A stretch of 61,923 bases of DNA, the filler included, from Sphacelaria rigidula (Eukaryota): NCBI GenBank assembly GCA_964200075.2. It is 9 parts of 9 records of this genome, joined end to end, with 100 filler letters (N's around TTAATTAATTAA, not from the genome) between each part and the next. Parts side by side here need not be neighbours in the genome. Positions count along the whole stretch, not along the records: positions 48,242 to 55,032 come from CAXNAA020018064.1; positions 55,133 to 61,923 come from CAXNAA020018065.1; 7 more parts are not named here. One strand, given 5' to 3'. A program made the translations under genes and the position numbers. How positions within the stretch are numbered: position 1 is the stretch's first letter; every line of letters begins with the position of its first letter. The notes under the pieces were generated by a model that was given only the letters and a program-made list of their open reading frames with translations, was not told the DNA's origin and searched no databases. Of this stretch, positions 50,961 to 61,923 are shown piece by piece.

Positions 50961-52244
50961 TGTCATTTGCCGGGCGTTGAACATGTTTCGCCGCCAGGAT
51001 GACTCCAGCATAGAAGCGCCGTATGTTGGTCAGAAATTCATTCGGACCCACATAGAATGATCCGAATAACTGCTCGAGCAGTCCTGTTAGGTACGAAGTT
51101 GCACAGTGCAAACACGCTGCCAAAGCACACAGTACAGTGCAAACACCATGCGATCACGTACCTGGCTAATATGGTAGGTACCTCGGCACCAGATCTAACA
51201 GGAGCTGTTTTCTGTCACAGTACACACCTGAATGATGAACGTGGGTTACCGTCTCGCCATCCCTCCAGGTGCACAGCCCCAACAACCGCCGCCTACGTGT
51301 ACTTTGCGCACGTATGTTCACCGGTTTCAGTCTCGGGACACTTCACTCTCTAGGAGTGGATCAACAGCACTTACCTCCTGCCTACGGAGCACTTCGTACA
51401 CAGCGTGCCCGCTGTGAGCACTGTATGGGACACATTGATCAAACGTGCGGTACTGTAAGATCCCGACCTGGAATTTTTTTAATTTTGAAATTTGAAATTT
51501 TGAAAAAACAGTCCTCGTACACGGAAGCAGGCGCACGTGAAATGATTAATCACAGGACGCACCTGTGCTGTCGTGTTAGCACGGAAGGTGGCAAGCATAC
51601 GCTGCAGCCAGGTGTCCCAGCTCTGTTCTGCCCAGCTGATGGTCGCTTCGAGGAATCAAAAGGCATGTAAGATTCTGGTACCTGAACACGTGATCGTTGC
51701 TCAGAAGACCCCACGCTGAACAGAAAGCACGATTTATGCACTACTGTACACCGTATGCAGACACAACGCGAAACAGTGCAGCTCTACAGCGATGCAACTA
51801 TGCAGTACTGCTTACATTCTCGATTGGTCACCATGTCGTGGTCGAGTCTCAGGGTGGCGTATCAAGCTCGTGGGACATAGGCTGGGGGTGGTGTACCACC
51901 AGCGGCCAGCATAACCGTTACTGCAGCACACAACGGTGTTGCACCAGAGACTCACCAGAGTTCGGTTCAAACAGCACTGCATGCATCATGCAAAACACAG
52001 GCGCACTTTCACGTGCAGAGAGGTGCTCTTGACTTGCTTGCAAGCGAGATGTCTCCAAGCGGTGGCTGATAGCTCTGTCATTAGTCTTAGCTAGGTAGCT
52101 AAACAAGAATGACCAGCCTGGGGCGACACTGCAAAACCAGGCTGGAATATAACCTGACTAACGTACGGCTGGAATACGACCTATCGCCCATATCACGCAC
52201 ATCGAGAACGCCTTCTATATAAGCGACTAATATCCGGCGTCACA
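50961..52244 (-). repeat. LTR (~1284 bp) of the same gypsy family, followed by a PBS-like TGGTCCCT
   Basis: The minus strand from 52244 matches 48068-48141 with 2 mismatches in 74 nt. The end is inferred from TGACA-aa-TGG at 50965-50956, so that boundary is less certain. Confidence 0.7.
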
Positions 52245-54901
52245 TATGCGCCGGGAAAAATTCTACGATATGATTCCGGAAATCAGACTCATCGCAAACA
52301 GTCCGAGCAGCTGCCGGGGAAGAATCTACCGTAGTACGTAAAGACTCTACAGAAGTAGGGAAATCTGACTCTACAGTAGTAGGGAAATCTGACTCTACAG
52401 TAGTAGGGAAATCTGACTCTACAGTAGTACGTGTATCTGACCATACACTGGTTGGCGAAACGACAGTAGATTTATCTGACCTTACACTGGAGGGCGAAAC
52501 TGTAGTGGTTGAGGGAGTCGAAACTACAGTACTTGAGGGATCAGTCTTACTAACGTTGTACAGGGGAAGACGCGTCGCTACTCGTGATGAAATTCGCGAT
52601 TTGTGGTCAAATCGTAATCTGCCATTGAACAAATGTACTCCAGTGAAATTCAAAACGATATCACGTCGCTCTTGCATGTGGTGAAGAGAGAAAAGATTGA
52701 ACTTGATGCCCTCCACGACGTAGACATCGGTCAACTGTATTGAGAAGTCACGTGGGGGGATTGAAACATCCAAAGATCCCATGTGAAATGTCAAGTTCAA
52801 GCTACCTACTGCCTTCACAGGGAGTCTGGTCCCGTTATACCCGTCTCGAAATGTCTCATGCCCTGAGGAGGTGGTCGTAAATCAAAAACGTCATCTACAC
52901 TACACGTAACATGATACGTAGTGCCGGTATCCGTGAGCCATTCCTCTGCATGATCATCTTCACCAGATGCAGTACCACCACCTAGTACATCATACCTACG
53001 TGAATCGTAATCACCAAGCCGAAAACGAGACTCGCCTACGGGCATGGAACGAGCCATGAACACTCGTGCATGTTCCACAGTGTGCGTATCGGGAGGGGGA
53101 GCAGACGTAGCTGGGGGGGTGCCGGCTGCTGATGCTGCTGCTGCTGGTCGTGAGGTGGAGCTGCGGTCTAGTATTGTTGTTGATTATGGCTGTTGTCAGG
53201 GTTAGGATAGTAGTAAGAGTGATGCTGCTGGCCCGGCGGGTGATACTGCTGGGAATGTTGCTGTTGGGAGTGATCTGTTGGTGGGGGATGTTGATATTGG
53301 GGCAGTGTTCGATGTGACGATGGCTCATGACTCTGCACGTAATCGGCATATCCAGCACCATTGAAACCGTCCTTTCCCGGTGGAGTGAAATCTTCGTCAG
53401 TTGTCAGGGGCTCACTCCACTGTACAAGGTTTGCACGCGAGTGGGACTCCCTCGAATGTCGGGCGTCGTTGAAGTGGTGAAGATCATTGGTGTGATGAGA
53501 GTTGTTGGCCTGAGTATGGGTGTTGGAGTAATGATCACGTGGGGGTGGTTTCCCCCGTGATGAGGGACACGCTGCTCCGGGTTAGGATATCAATTGCCTT
53601 GTCGGCGATCAACATGACTCCGCCCGTCGCCTCGTGTGTGGTAATCAACACCTCGGTCATGGCAAATAGTGCAATTGCGAACATTGCATGATGAGGGTTG
53701 ACGGCTCGAATTGGGGTGGTTGTTGTGTAGCTCATGTGGAGATGAAAAATATGATCGGGAATTAAGCCTTGGCGACGGTTCATGGTCAGGGTGCTGGTGT
53801 GAGATGGAATTCCCACAGCGATCAGATCCACACTCCCGGCAGTGGTGGTTTCGCCTGCCCCCCCTGCCTCGGCGTCGCCTTCCCGATACGTCACTGTGAG
53901 ATACATCTTGAGCTATGGTAAACAAGGCATGGTCATTCGGAGAGTCTATCCTACTCCTTGACAGTTCCAACTCAGCATGGGCAGTTTTCACCGTTTAGTG
54001 TAGGGTCTCTGTATCAATGTCTGACATAGCAAGAAGAATTCCTCTCTAGATGTCTTACTCTGATGACAGCCTGCGTGCATAATGCCTGTTAGCATCAAAC
54101 TCCGAAATCACGTGACCGAAATGATCTCTTTTGTGGCGAATCAAATTCGCCCTCTTCAGAAACACCAGAGGGCTTTCGCCCGGGGACATCTGTAGGTATG
54201 ACCACTCTTGCTCAAGACGAGCCTTTTCAGTGGTGGGCGAAACGGTGTTGTACTGGACAAAATAATGCCAAGACTCACTAGGCGAACCAAGCATCGCAAA
54301 TTCTCCACCATTCCGGGAGCTGTGACTTTCTCGAGTAATATTTCGTGAGCCCGCTAAGCTTCCTGCACTGCCCTGTACCCGTGCTGCGCGATCAATTCCT
54401 CTTCTGGTCCGTGAAACACGTGAATGGGATCCTGAGCGAACAGAACATCATAACATTTCTCGGCACGAAAATATCCGATCCTCTGCACTTGAAACGCACG
54501 AAACTTGGACTCCAAACTTTTGTTATGAAGCGCGGCGTAATGGTGGGAGGGCAGTACGAGGATGAGCCCAGCTATTCGACTGATGGCCTCGGAGGGCTAG
54601 TTGATGTGACCTACGGGTATTCCAGCTAGAGGAGAGGGAGTGGTGTCCGTTGTAACGGTTACAGACACGCCTCCGTGCGCGCCGTGGTTTTCATGACCCG
54701 CTGCGCCCCTTGGTTTTACTCTCTTGACGATGAGCAAACAACGAGCGAAGAGATTATGTGAATCTATTGATGAGGCTATCAAAACCACCACCACGAAAGA
54801 GAAATTGAATCGCTTCTGGAGCTTTGATCACTGTACTGCGTTGGACGTATTTCCTCTTGCTATGCTTCTGCGGGTTGGTTGCTAAACACGGTGAGACAAC
54901 A
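52245..54901 (-). mobile_element. Ty1/copia remnant (gag + protease) interrupted by the gypsy LTR
   Basis: gag-like EKARLEQEWSYLQMSPGESPLVFLKRA and protease EEWLTDTGTTYHV..KAVGSL..LTDVYVVEGIKFNLFSL, with stops and frameshifts. Possible short 5' LTR at 54901-54702 (TGTTG..CA), weakly supported. Confidence 0.82.
52344..52440. repeat. 24-bp tandem repeat (TTVESDFP) in the copia pol linker
   Basis: actctacagtagtagggaaatctg x3 plus a degenerate fourth unit. Confidence 0.92.
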
Positions 54902-55170
54902 TAGTACGGATCCCTGGACCATACTCGGTACGTCAGTATGTGATAAAGGTCGTCATGATAGTTGTTGTTGTCTTCACATTAGAAGCCGTTCTGATATCTA
55001 CGCGGTACATTGGTACTGGGCATCTTATGCGGNNNNNNNNNNNNNNNNNNNNNNNNNNNNNNNNNNNNNNNNNNNNTTAATTAATTAANNNNNNNNNNNN
55101 NNNNNNNNNNNNNNNNNNNNNNNNNNNNNNNNAAAAAAAAAACCCTTTTTTGAGTAAAAAAAAAAAGAGC

Positions 55171-55213
<43 letters not shown>

Positions 55214-55501
55214 GGGGAGCGAGAGGGTCACAGTTACAGGGAAAATGTATGAAGACATGTCCCGACGAAATACCATCATGTCGTAGCATCATGTACTAGA
55301 AATACTAAGGATAGGGTAACGTGACTGGGCGGGACAGAAGAAAAAGTACGGACACGACAGGACAAGAAAAAAAAATAAAAAGCAAGGCTGAAGAGGGGAG
55401 GAAACGTGAAGAAACACAACCGCACGAGAAATTGAAGATCATCACGATCCAAAAACCGAACTTTGAAACGATAACAGGATAAAAAATACCGGGGAGCTTG
55501 C

Positions 55502-57736
55502 CTGCCGTGCCATATATGGACGGGGTGTAGCACCTCCGCGCCGCGCACGAGCTCGTCCTCGAGAAGAGTGTTGCGCAGCGCGATGGCCACCTCGTGGGTG
55601 ATAGAATCCTTGCCCTCCTTGATCTCCGTTACGTGCTGAATCAGCTCCTGCTCCATCATCGGAGAGATGGGCAGACGGACAGACGGACGCGGTGTGATTT
55701 GTCATGTTCCACTTAAAGTAAAAAAAAAAGCAGACGCATCACACTCATCGCGAGCGCGGTATAGTACCATATTCCTAAAAGTGTAAGAAATGAGGGAGGG
55801 GGAGGGGGAGGGTGGGGGGGGGGGTATACATCAATTATATGTATACATGCATCGCAAGAGCCGCACAGCGCAGCGTCGTATTATTCCAGTGTAAGCGATT
55901 AACTGGGAGGAAACACCTACATCATCAACTCAGAGGGAGAAGAAAGACGAGAGAGATGGAGCGAGAGAAACCACATTGGCATGCTAATAAAAATAATAAA
56001 AAAAAATAAGCGCATGCAAATCGTGCCTCGAGCGAATAACGAAAAAGCCGTGAAATGTAAAAAAGACGACGAGCCAATCAAGAACTTTCATGCATGGCCG
56101 TGGAGGCCCACCTTACGTGTCGGACATCGCGCAGCGGTGATCCTAACGGTACGTCTCAACAACGGTCAGGGAGAGGTGCCACGGTGCGGGTGCATAAATA
56201 TTTTTCTAGATTCGAATCGTGAAGAGCCCTGCATCTCATGCAAAGACATCTTATTGGGCCATGCTGCGGTAGGGGCTGCACGTTTCAGCCCAGATGTTTC
56301 TCATTCAGGGGCTCTTCGAGTCAGGAGCTATATTAGACAAACAATATGGGTCAGGATACTACCGTTTCCAAAACTCATTCGGGATATCCTCCTTGTCCCT
56401 TGCAATGCCAATCGTGAGCGTGCTCTCACATATTTCATATACTATTTTTTGGGATCAGACGAAGGGTTCCTGACAATTCAAAAGGCAAAATATTTGTGCC
56501 CCTCTACCGCTGTAGCACCACTATGATGATTTTTTCTTTTCTTTTATTTGTCGCACTTTGAACCCCTCCCCTTGCTCGGGATGAGTCCGTGGTGGTTCTA
56601 AAGGGATCAACCCATGTATCCCCGGTACACGCCTTGCACTTTGGTCTCGCGGATTGATTGGGTCAGCACTCCCGCACCGCGTCAACTCACGCCCAACGAA
56701 CATAAATCCCTCTAATTGAAATATGTGAGAGCACGCCACGACTAGCATTCAAACGGGCTAGGGATGTCCCGAATGGGTTCGGAAAAAGCCAAAGTCCTGA
56801 TCCATGTTCTTGTATAGCCTCTAACTTTGGGAGCCCCCGATTGGGAAAGATCTGGGCCCAAAATATGCATCCCCTCTCGTAGAATGACACCAGGTTGGGG
56901 TTGAAACGTCAACCCCCGACAGGATCTTGAGTTTGCCCCCGGCGAATATCTGATTTCCGACGTTAAACACGCGAGGACGCAAGTAAAGGCGGTGCGCAAG
57001 TACTGAATCCAACCCGCCCAGAGTAGCCAGCGCTTTCCCATTTCCGCACGTCTCACTATAACGCCTCATTATTCAGCGAAAACCAATTGATGTATTTACC
57101 GTGTCGAGGACGGGGAAAGGTTGAAGCACATCACACACACATATATATATATATGATAAGCATTTAGATATCTTTACATCAACATATGAATACATGAATA
57201 AGTATATCGTACAGATGTTCACCACAGCAAGGGTGACAAATATGTTTAATAATAATTAAAAAAACGATATAGAATCAACAGAATACAAGAAAAAGTGGTG
57301 CAAAATGTCAACTTTCCGAGTATCTTCACCATCCTATTTACCGGCCGCGCGTTCCACGTCTTCGATATTTTGTAGCGCAACAGTACAGTACCGCGAATGT
57401 GTACAGTGCAGCAAAGTAGATATTAGGGGCGTGCATCTCATCCACCCGTCCACCCAGCTTCGCCATCACGACCTACAACATCTTCGATTTTGTCCTCCCC
57501 CCCCCCCCCCCCCCCTTTTTTCTCGTCCTCTTTTCTTTTCATTTTTATTTCATTTCGCACCTGGGTGTACGGAGCTTCCAGATACCCGCTTTCGATGTCG
57601 CTGGAACCGTTCGAGTTTTTCCACAAGGCCATCTCGGAAAAAGCACGAATAGCAATCATGGCCGTTACACTGCTAGGGTCTAATGCTTCCTGCACGAAGG
57701 TCGCCTTCGACATTCCCACCAAGGCTTCGGACGACC
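55502..57736 (-). CDS. Two internal exons of an unidentified protein
   Basis: 57736-57561 (SSEALVGMSKATFVQEALD..GYLEAPYTQ|gtgcga) joins in phase 0 to 55647-55502 (ELIQHVTEIKEGKDSITHEVAIALRNTLLEDELVRGAEVLHPVHIWHG, GC donor). Confidence 0.65.
56270..56880. repeat. Diverged ~170-bp inverted repeat arms (56270-56438 / 56717-56880) flanking a SINE 3' fragment
   Basis: gcgtgctctcacatatttca / tgaaatatgtgagagcacgc and cattcgggatatcc / ggatgtcccgaatg. The SINE body lies at ~56540-56700. Confidence 0.7.
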
Positions 57737-58563
57737 CTGTACAGTGCGAGTTGTTGAAATTGATTGAATCAGGCACAACCAAAAGCGGGCGCGAGGACAG
57801 GAGGGGGGGGGGAGGGGGGCGTACTCATTTGTTGCAGGCTATAGTTTCATTTGACCATTGGTCATTGACATTTGACCACGCATCCAGTCCGAAGCGGAGC
57901 ACCGTTTCTACTCCTCATGGAGACACCTCCGAGGTTTGCAAGGGTCGGACGAATTAAATATCCGGAAAGTCCGGAAATTACTTGATTTTAGTGTGATTGA
58001 TTCGTACGGTACGAATCAATCATTACGCTTTGTTTTCAGCGTTGCAACCCAGGTACGCGAAGCCCAGGCACGTGGAATGGCGCTAAAGTTGCGTGGAGAC
58101 CTTTTTGACCAGCGGTCGACTTCTTTTCTCTCTTTCAATCACATCAGGCCCGAGAAATCATGGATTTGGTGATTTGAACCGGCAATGATTCGTCCGAACT
58201 GTGAACATTCGGGCGCGCTCATGACGGGTCAGCGGCGGGGGGCGGGGGGGCATGATTGGAAACATAATAATCAATCACAAAGTCAAAGCATAGTTTTTTG
58301 TTCGACAAGACATTATTAATTATTATACTACAGCGACAGACTAGCACCCGCATCAGCAGCAGCTTCTTTCTCCACTTCTTATATTCAATCGGTGCGGACA
58401 ACGCGAACATTCCTACAATACCGCAACAACAACAAAAATGGATTTTTATCAATCGTATGAATCACAAAAAAAAAAAAAATCATCGCATTTGCGTCAGCGT
58501 GTCTACAATATTTCAGCGAAATCCTCCATTGTGAAGATAATGCTGCTGCATCGTCTTTTTATT

Positions 58564-59469
58564 TCGAGATGTGCTCCGTTTTAATTCTTCAAACGAAGCG
58601 GATTTCGGATTTTCGGCAGCCTTATCCGGATCAATCCGCGGATTGAAAAAAGTGGCGGATATCCGGATATCCAGCTGTTCGATTTGCAGATAGATTTCGA
58701 GCAAAACGAGCGATGGGTACTCCTCAACTCTCCTCACATGCATGTTGCGCACGTCTGAAAGGGAGTACCCAAGCCTTGCATCACGTATCACGAGCCAGAT
58801 TTACAGATCAAATGTAGAAAAGATTGTCGTCGTTTTTCACGCATTGCGCCAGCGATGTGCAAGAATGATCACCTTTTCCAGGGCAAGCCGGAAAAACCAA
58901 GTCCTACCACGACATCCAACCTTCGCAAGGCCCCTAGTATACAAACCACAGCACGCGTGTGATGGGATTCATGACCAGTTGCATCGGCTGCTCCGTCTCT
59001 TCCCGCGAGGACATAACTTACGATTTCACGACCATCTACTTACTGGGTGGCAACGACTCTGTCGGATTCTTTTCAATTGAGTGCTGATCGACTAAACTTC
59101 TCAGCCGCCTCCCAAGAATCCTTTGGAAACATTGACGTCTCAAGCCGTTCCGGCCCGGCTTGAGTCTGTTTCTTCATTGCGTCATGATAAGCCCATTCCA
59201 CGACAACACTCGCTCTGAGGGGGACTTGACGATGCCAAAACAGTCAGGGCGTTCCGAGCGACACGCGCGATGAGTGGGTACTTGTGTGCATTCAGCGCCC
59301 GCCACTTGAGCGGGTTCTCGTTGATGGCCGGAGCAGGTTCCATCGCAATATTCAAAATATATATTGATGATAAAAGTCCTCGGACTTTTTTTTTAAACGG
59401 GGCGGATTAGGGTCGGGTTCAAACGGGGTGGATGGATATCCGGAGTGGACGGACCGGAGCACATCTCTA
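58564..59469 (-). mobile_element. hAT-family deletion derivative retaining the C-terminal dimerisation domain
   Basis: TIR gagatgtgctccg / cggagcacatctc, with similar tttttat flanks. The minus strand 59343-59150 reads NENPLKWRALNAHKYPLIARVARNALTVLASSSP/SERVLSWNGLIMTQ*RNRLKP. Confidence 0.82.
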
Positions 59470-60149
59470 GTTTTTATCAAGACGGTCCCTTTCGAAGCAG
59501 TTAATGCCGGTTGGTCCAACTGGTCCCATTAGGGTGGAGAGAACATGTGTTTGGTTTCCGCTGGATGCGCCGGGGTTTTTTCCGTCAAACTACCTTGTTT
59601 CCACCGCTGAAAGCGTCAGGACGTGATTCGGAAAAAAAAAAGTTGGCTGAACTTGTTCGACGACAGTCAACACGGTGCGGGAGTGTTGGGTCATGATGCA
59701 ATTCCCCACACCAAAATGCAAGGCGTGCACCGTACCGGAAAGAGATGGATTGATCCCTTGAGACGGACCACGGATCCGTCCCGAGTCCCGAGGAAGGGGG
59801 TTAAGGTTGAAAGCATCATGAAAATAAACATACATGTACATATATATATGTACATATATATGCATTTGTATGTAGAGATCACGTAACGATGGTCATTTAT
59901 GTTTACATACGTATCACGTAACGTCGGTCAATCCTCACGCGAAACGTGGTCATCACGCGTGAAAAAAAAAAAAAAACAGACAAAAAAATCAAGCTGGTTG
60001 ATCGGTTGGCGGCGAAAAATGGTTGGAGGCGAAAAAACTTGAGGTTCAAGACAAAGTGTAGTATGGTACACTTATACTTCAGCCCTCACACATCGGTCGT
60101 CTACATGACCATAGTATGGAACCAAATCAGGTGAAAATCTTCCACTTGC

Positions 60150-60445
60150 CGCTGCGACCCGCTGGTGTAATGGTCCGACTGTCGCCATCAGGATGGAGAG
60201 AACGGAGGTTCGATTCCCGATGCGTTGGTTTTTTTCTTCGTAATGTATGATTTCCACCGTGGAAAGCTTGAGAACGTGAGTAAACAAAGTAATCCACTGG
60301 GGTTTATGTGACGTGAGTCGACGCGGTGCGGGAGTGCTGACCCCATCCGCGAGACCAAAATGTAAGGCACGTACGGGGGGAGAGAAGGGTGGATCCCTTG
60401 AGACCACAGATTCAACCCGAGGAAGGGGAAGAGTTCGAAGTGCGA
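60150..60445 (+). mobile_element. tRNA-headed SINE, best-preserved copy (partial copy at ~59595-59812)
   Basis: A-box TGGTGTAATGG (60163-60173), B-box GGTTCGATTCCC (60207-60218), and an A-rich end. Confidence 0.78.
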
Positions 60446-60655
60446 GGGAAAAAAAAAATGTTGGACAGCTAGCTCATGAGCTACGTCAAACAACCAATCC
60501 GAAGAGGACTCTCAGATGCCTTGTCCAAGAACACAAACTACGTGACAGTGGGGTTGGAGAAGTCAAAGCGCTACCTTTCCGCGACTCCACTTGTACGGCG
60601 TCCAGCGCTATCGGGAGAAGTATGGGAAAAAAAAGGGGGGCCAAATGAGCTAGGT

Positions 60656-60881
60656 GAGCAATGCTACGATAGGGGTTGCACTTTTTGTTTCTGGGTCTAG
60701 TTTTTGTAGGGGCCCAAATATATGGGGATTACTGTGCAACACAAATCTCCGGGGACAGGGCATGGAGATGCACACAGGGGCCTTTTCGTGAATCGGCACC
60801 ATGCCGATTCTTAAAATGATCCGTGCAACACTCCGAGAAACATTTTCGCTCAAAAAGTGCAACCCTACCGTAGCATCACTC
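60656..60881. mobile_element. 226-bp MITE with GAG..CTC termini and a 4-bp TSD, nested in an M1 copy (60462-60948)
   Basis: TIR gagcaatgctacgataggggttgcactttttg / caaaaagtgcaaccctaccgtagcatcactc, with AGGT on both sides. Confidence 0.85.
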
Positions 60882-61923
60882 AGGTCATGATTCAGATCAG
60901 AACAGTAATGACAAGTAATGTTTGGGTAACTCATGAGCAGCTGTCCGGCGTATGAAAGACAGGGAAAGATTTCAAGCGTGTGTTGGGTGAGGTATGTCCT
61001 TCACTTGAGTATGTTGAGAAATCGAACTCTTTCAAAGTACCCAAAACTTGGGGGTAGAGGATTGAGAGATCGTACTCAACAACACCCAGATATTGGGTGA
61101 GAGTATTGCGACCGTACCTCACTTGGACCAATATTTGGATTGAGTTTGGAGATCGAACCATCGCAACACATACGAGCTGGGTGGGCAGTGAACCCCACAT
61201 TCTCTCTCCACACCACAACTTCTCAAGTTTCCCAAATCAGCGCGACTTGAGCACATCGCTGTGAACTGCAGACGAACCTGGTAACACACGGCACCACCGC
61301 TGCTTGATTGGCACAGTTCCGGCGATGATGTCATTGTGCTGCGTTGAATACCGATTACGTCTCTTGTCGTTGCGTGACACCATGTCTGGAGACGTTTCGT
61401 TTCACAAAATGCGGTGGAATTACAATAGACCGTTGCGCCGCATAGGCACACGCACACCCGACATGCCCAGGTAAGAGCACACTGGTCGTGCTGCAATATG
61501 GCATCAAGCTCGTCATGAGCTCAGTCATGGGGGAGAACCTCCGAGACAACTGTCGTATATCACCACACGAGGGAGAAGTACTACTTGAAACTGCGCTATA
61601 CCTCACCCCCAAAGCAAGACCGTCATCAAAATATCTAGACCATTTGCAACCCGGAGGTACGAGATATCATGCACGATGAGATTATGCACACAATTTTTCT
61701 TGTCGTGTCGGGATTCGAACTCGTGACCTGTGTAATTTGAGGCTGTTGTATCAGTTTGGCCACCGGAGCGCAGCCGTGTCATACGAAAAGGGCGACGCGA
61801 AGCCCGATTACAGGTATTTTTGGCTGAAACTTCACCAGGAGGTGGTTGACGCGAGTGCCCGCATGTGTTCGAGCGTTGCACGGTTAGGACAAATCATCAC
61901 GACTCAAAATCACCAAATTCACG

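Noticed and set aside
41351-52244. Inverted LTR pair or a mis-oriented single gypsy element
   Set aside because: The two LTRs are on different contigs, so their relative orientation has no meaning.
6793-55132. Regularly spaced TTAATTAATTAA palindromes as a biological array
   Set aside because: Each is centred in N padding, and segment lengths fall monotonically (6792 then 6791). These are artificial joins between size-sorted contigs.
60150-60225. Functional tRNA gene
   Set aside because: There is no complete acceptor/anticodon pairing, and it is attached to a repeated SINE body.

Overview
Eukaryotic, intron-rich and repeat-dense genomic DNA. A brown-algal/stramenopile origin is my inference from gene and repeat style and is not proven. 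The window is not one locus. Eight identical 100-bp spacers (44 N + TTAATTAATTAA + 44 N) split it into nine pieces of 6792, 6792, 6792, 6792, 6791, 6791, 6791, 6791 and 6791 bp, which is the pattern expected of length-sorted contigs concatenated together, so I draw no link across a spacer. Host genes: a spliced D-3-phosphoglycerate-dehydrogenase-like gene (minus, 21974-24695), four exons of an ABCC/MRP transporter (minus, 14925-19671), a spliced gene resembling a catalytically dead MCM paralogue (plus, 30179-32970) and several unidentified exon chains. Mobile DNA: a decaying Ty3/gypsy element (CCCH finger in Gag, WLDD RT motif, integrase ending in chromodomain plus Tudor-like domain), a copia remnant cut by an LTR of the same gypsy family, an RTE-like LINE remnant, a hAT deletion derivative, tRNA-headed SINEs and many MITEs. 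The most unusual signal is an abundant short-element family (about 17 copies). Its members share a ~70-80 nt 3' module with covarying stems, end in a C-run, sit in C-rich tracts, and stack head-to-tail. This looks like a poly(C)-targeted retroposon system whose autonomous partner is not identifiable here.
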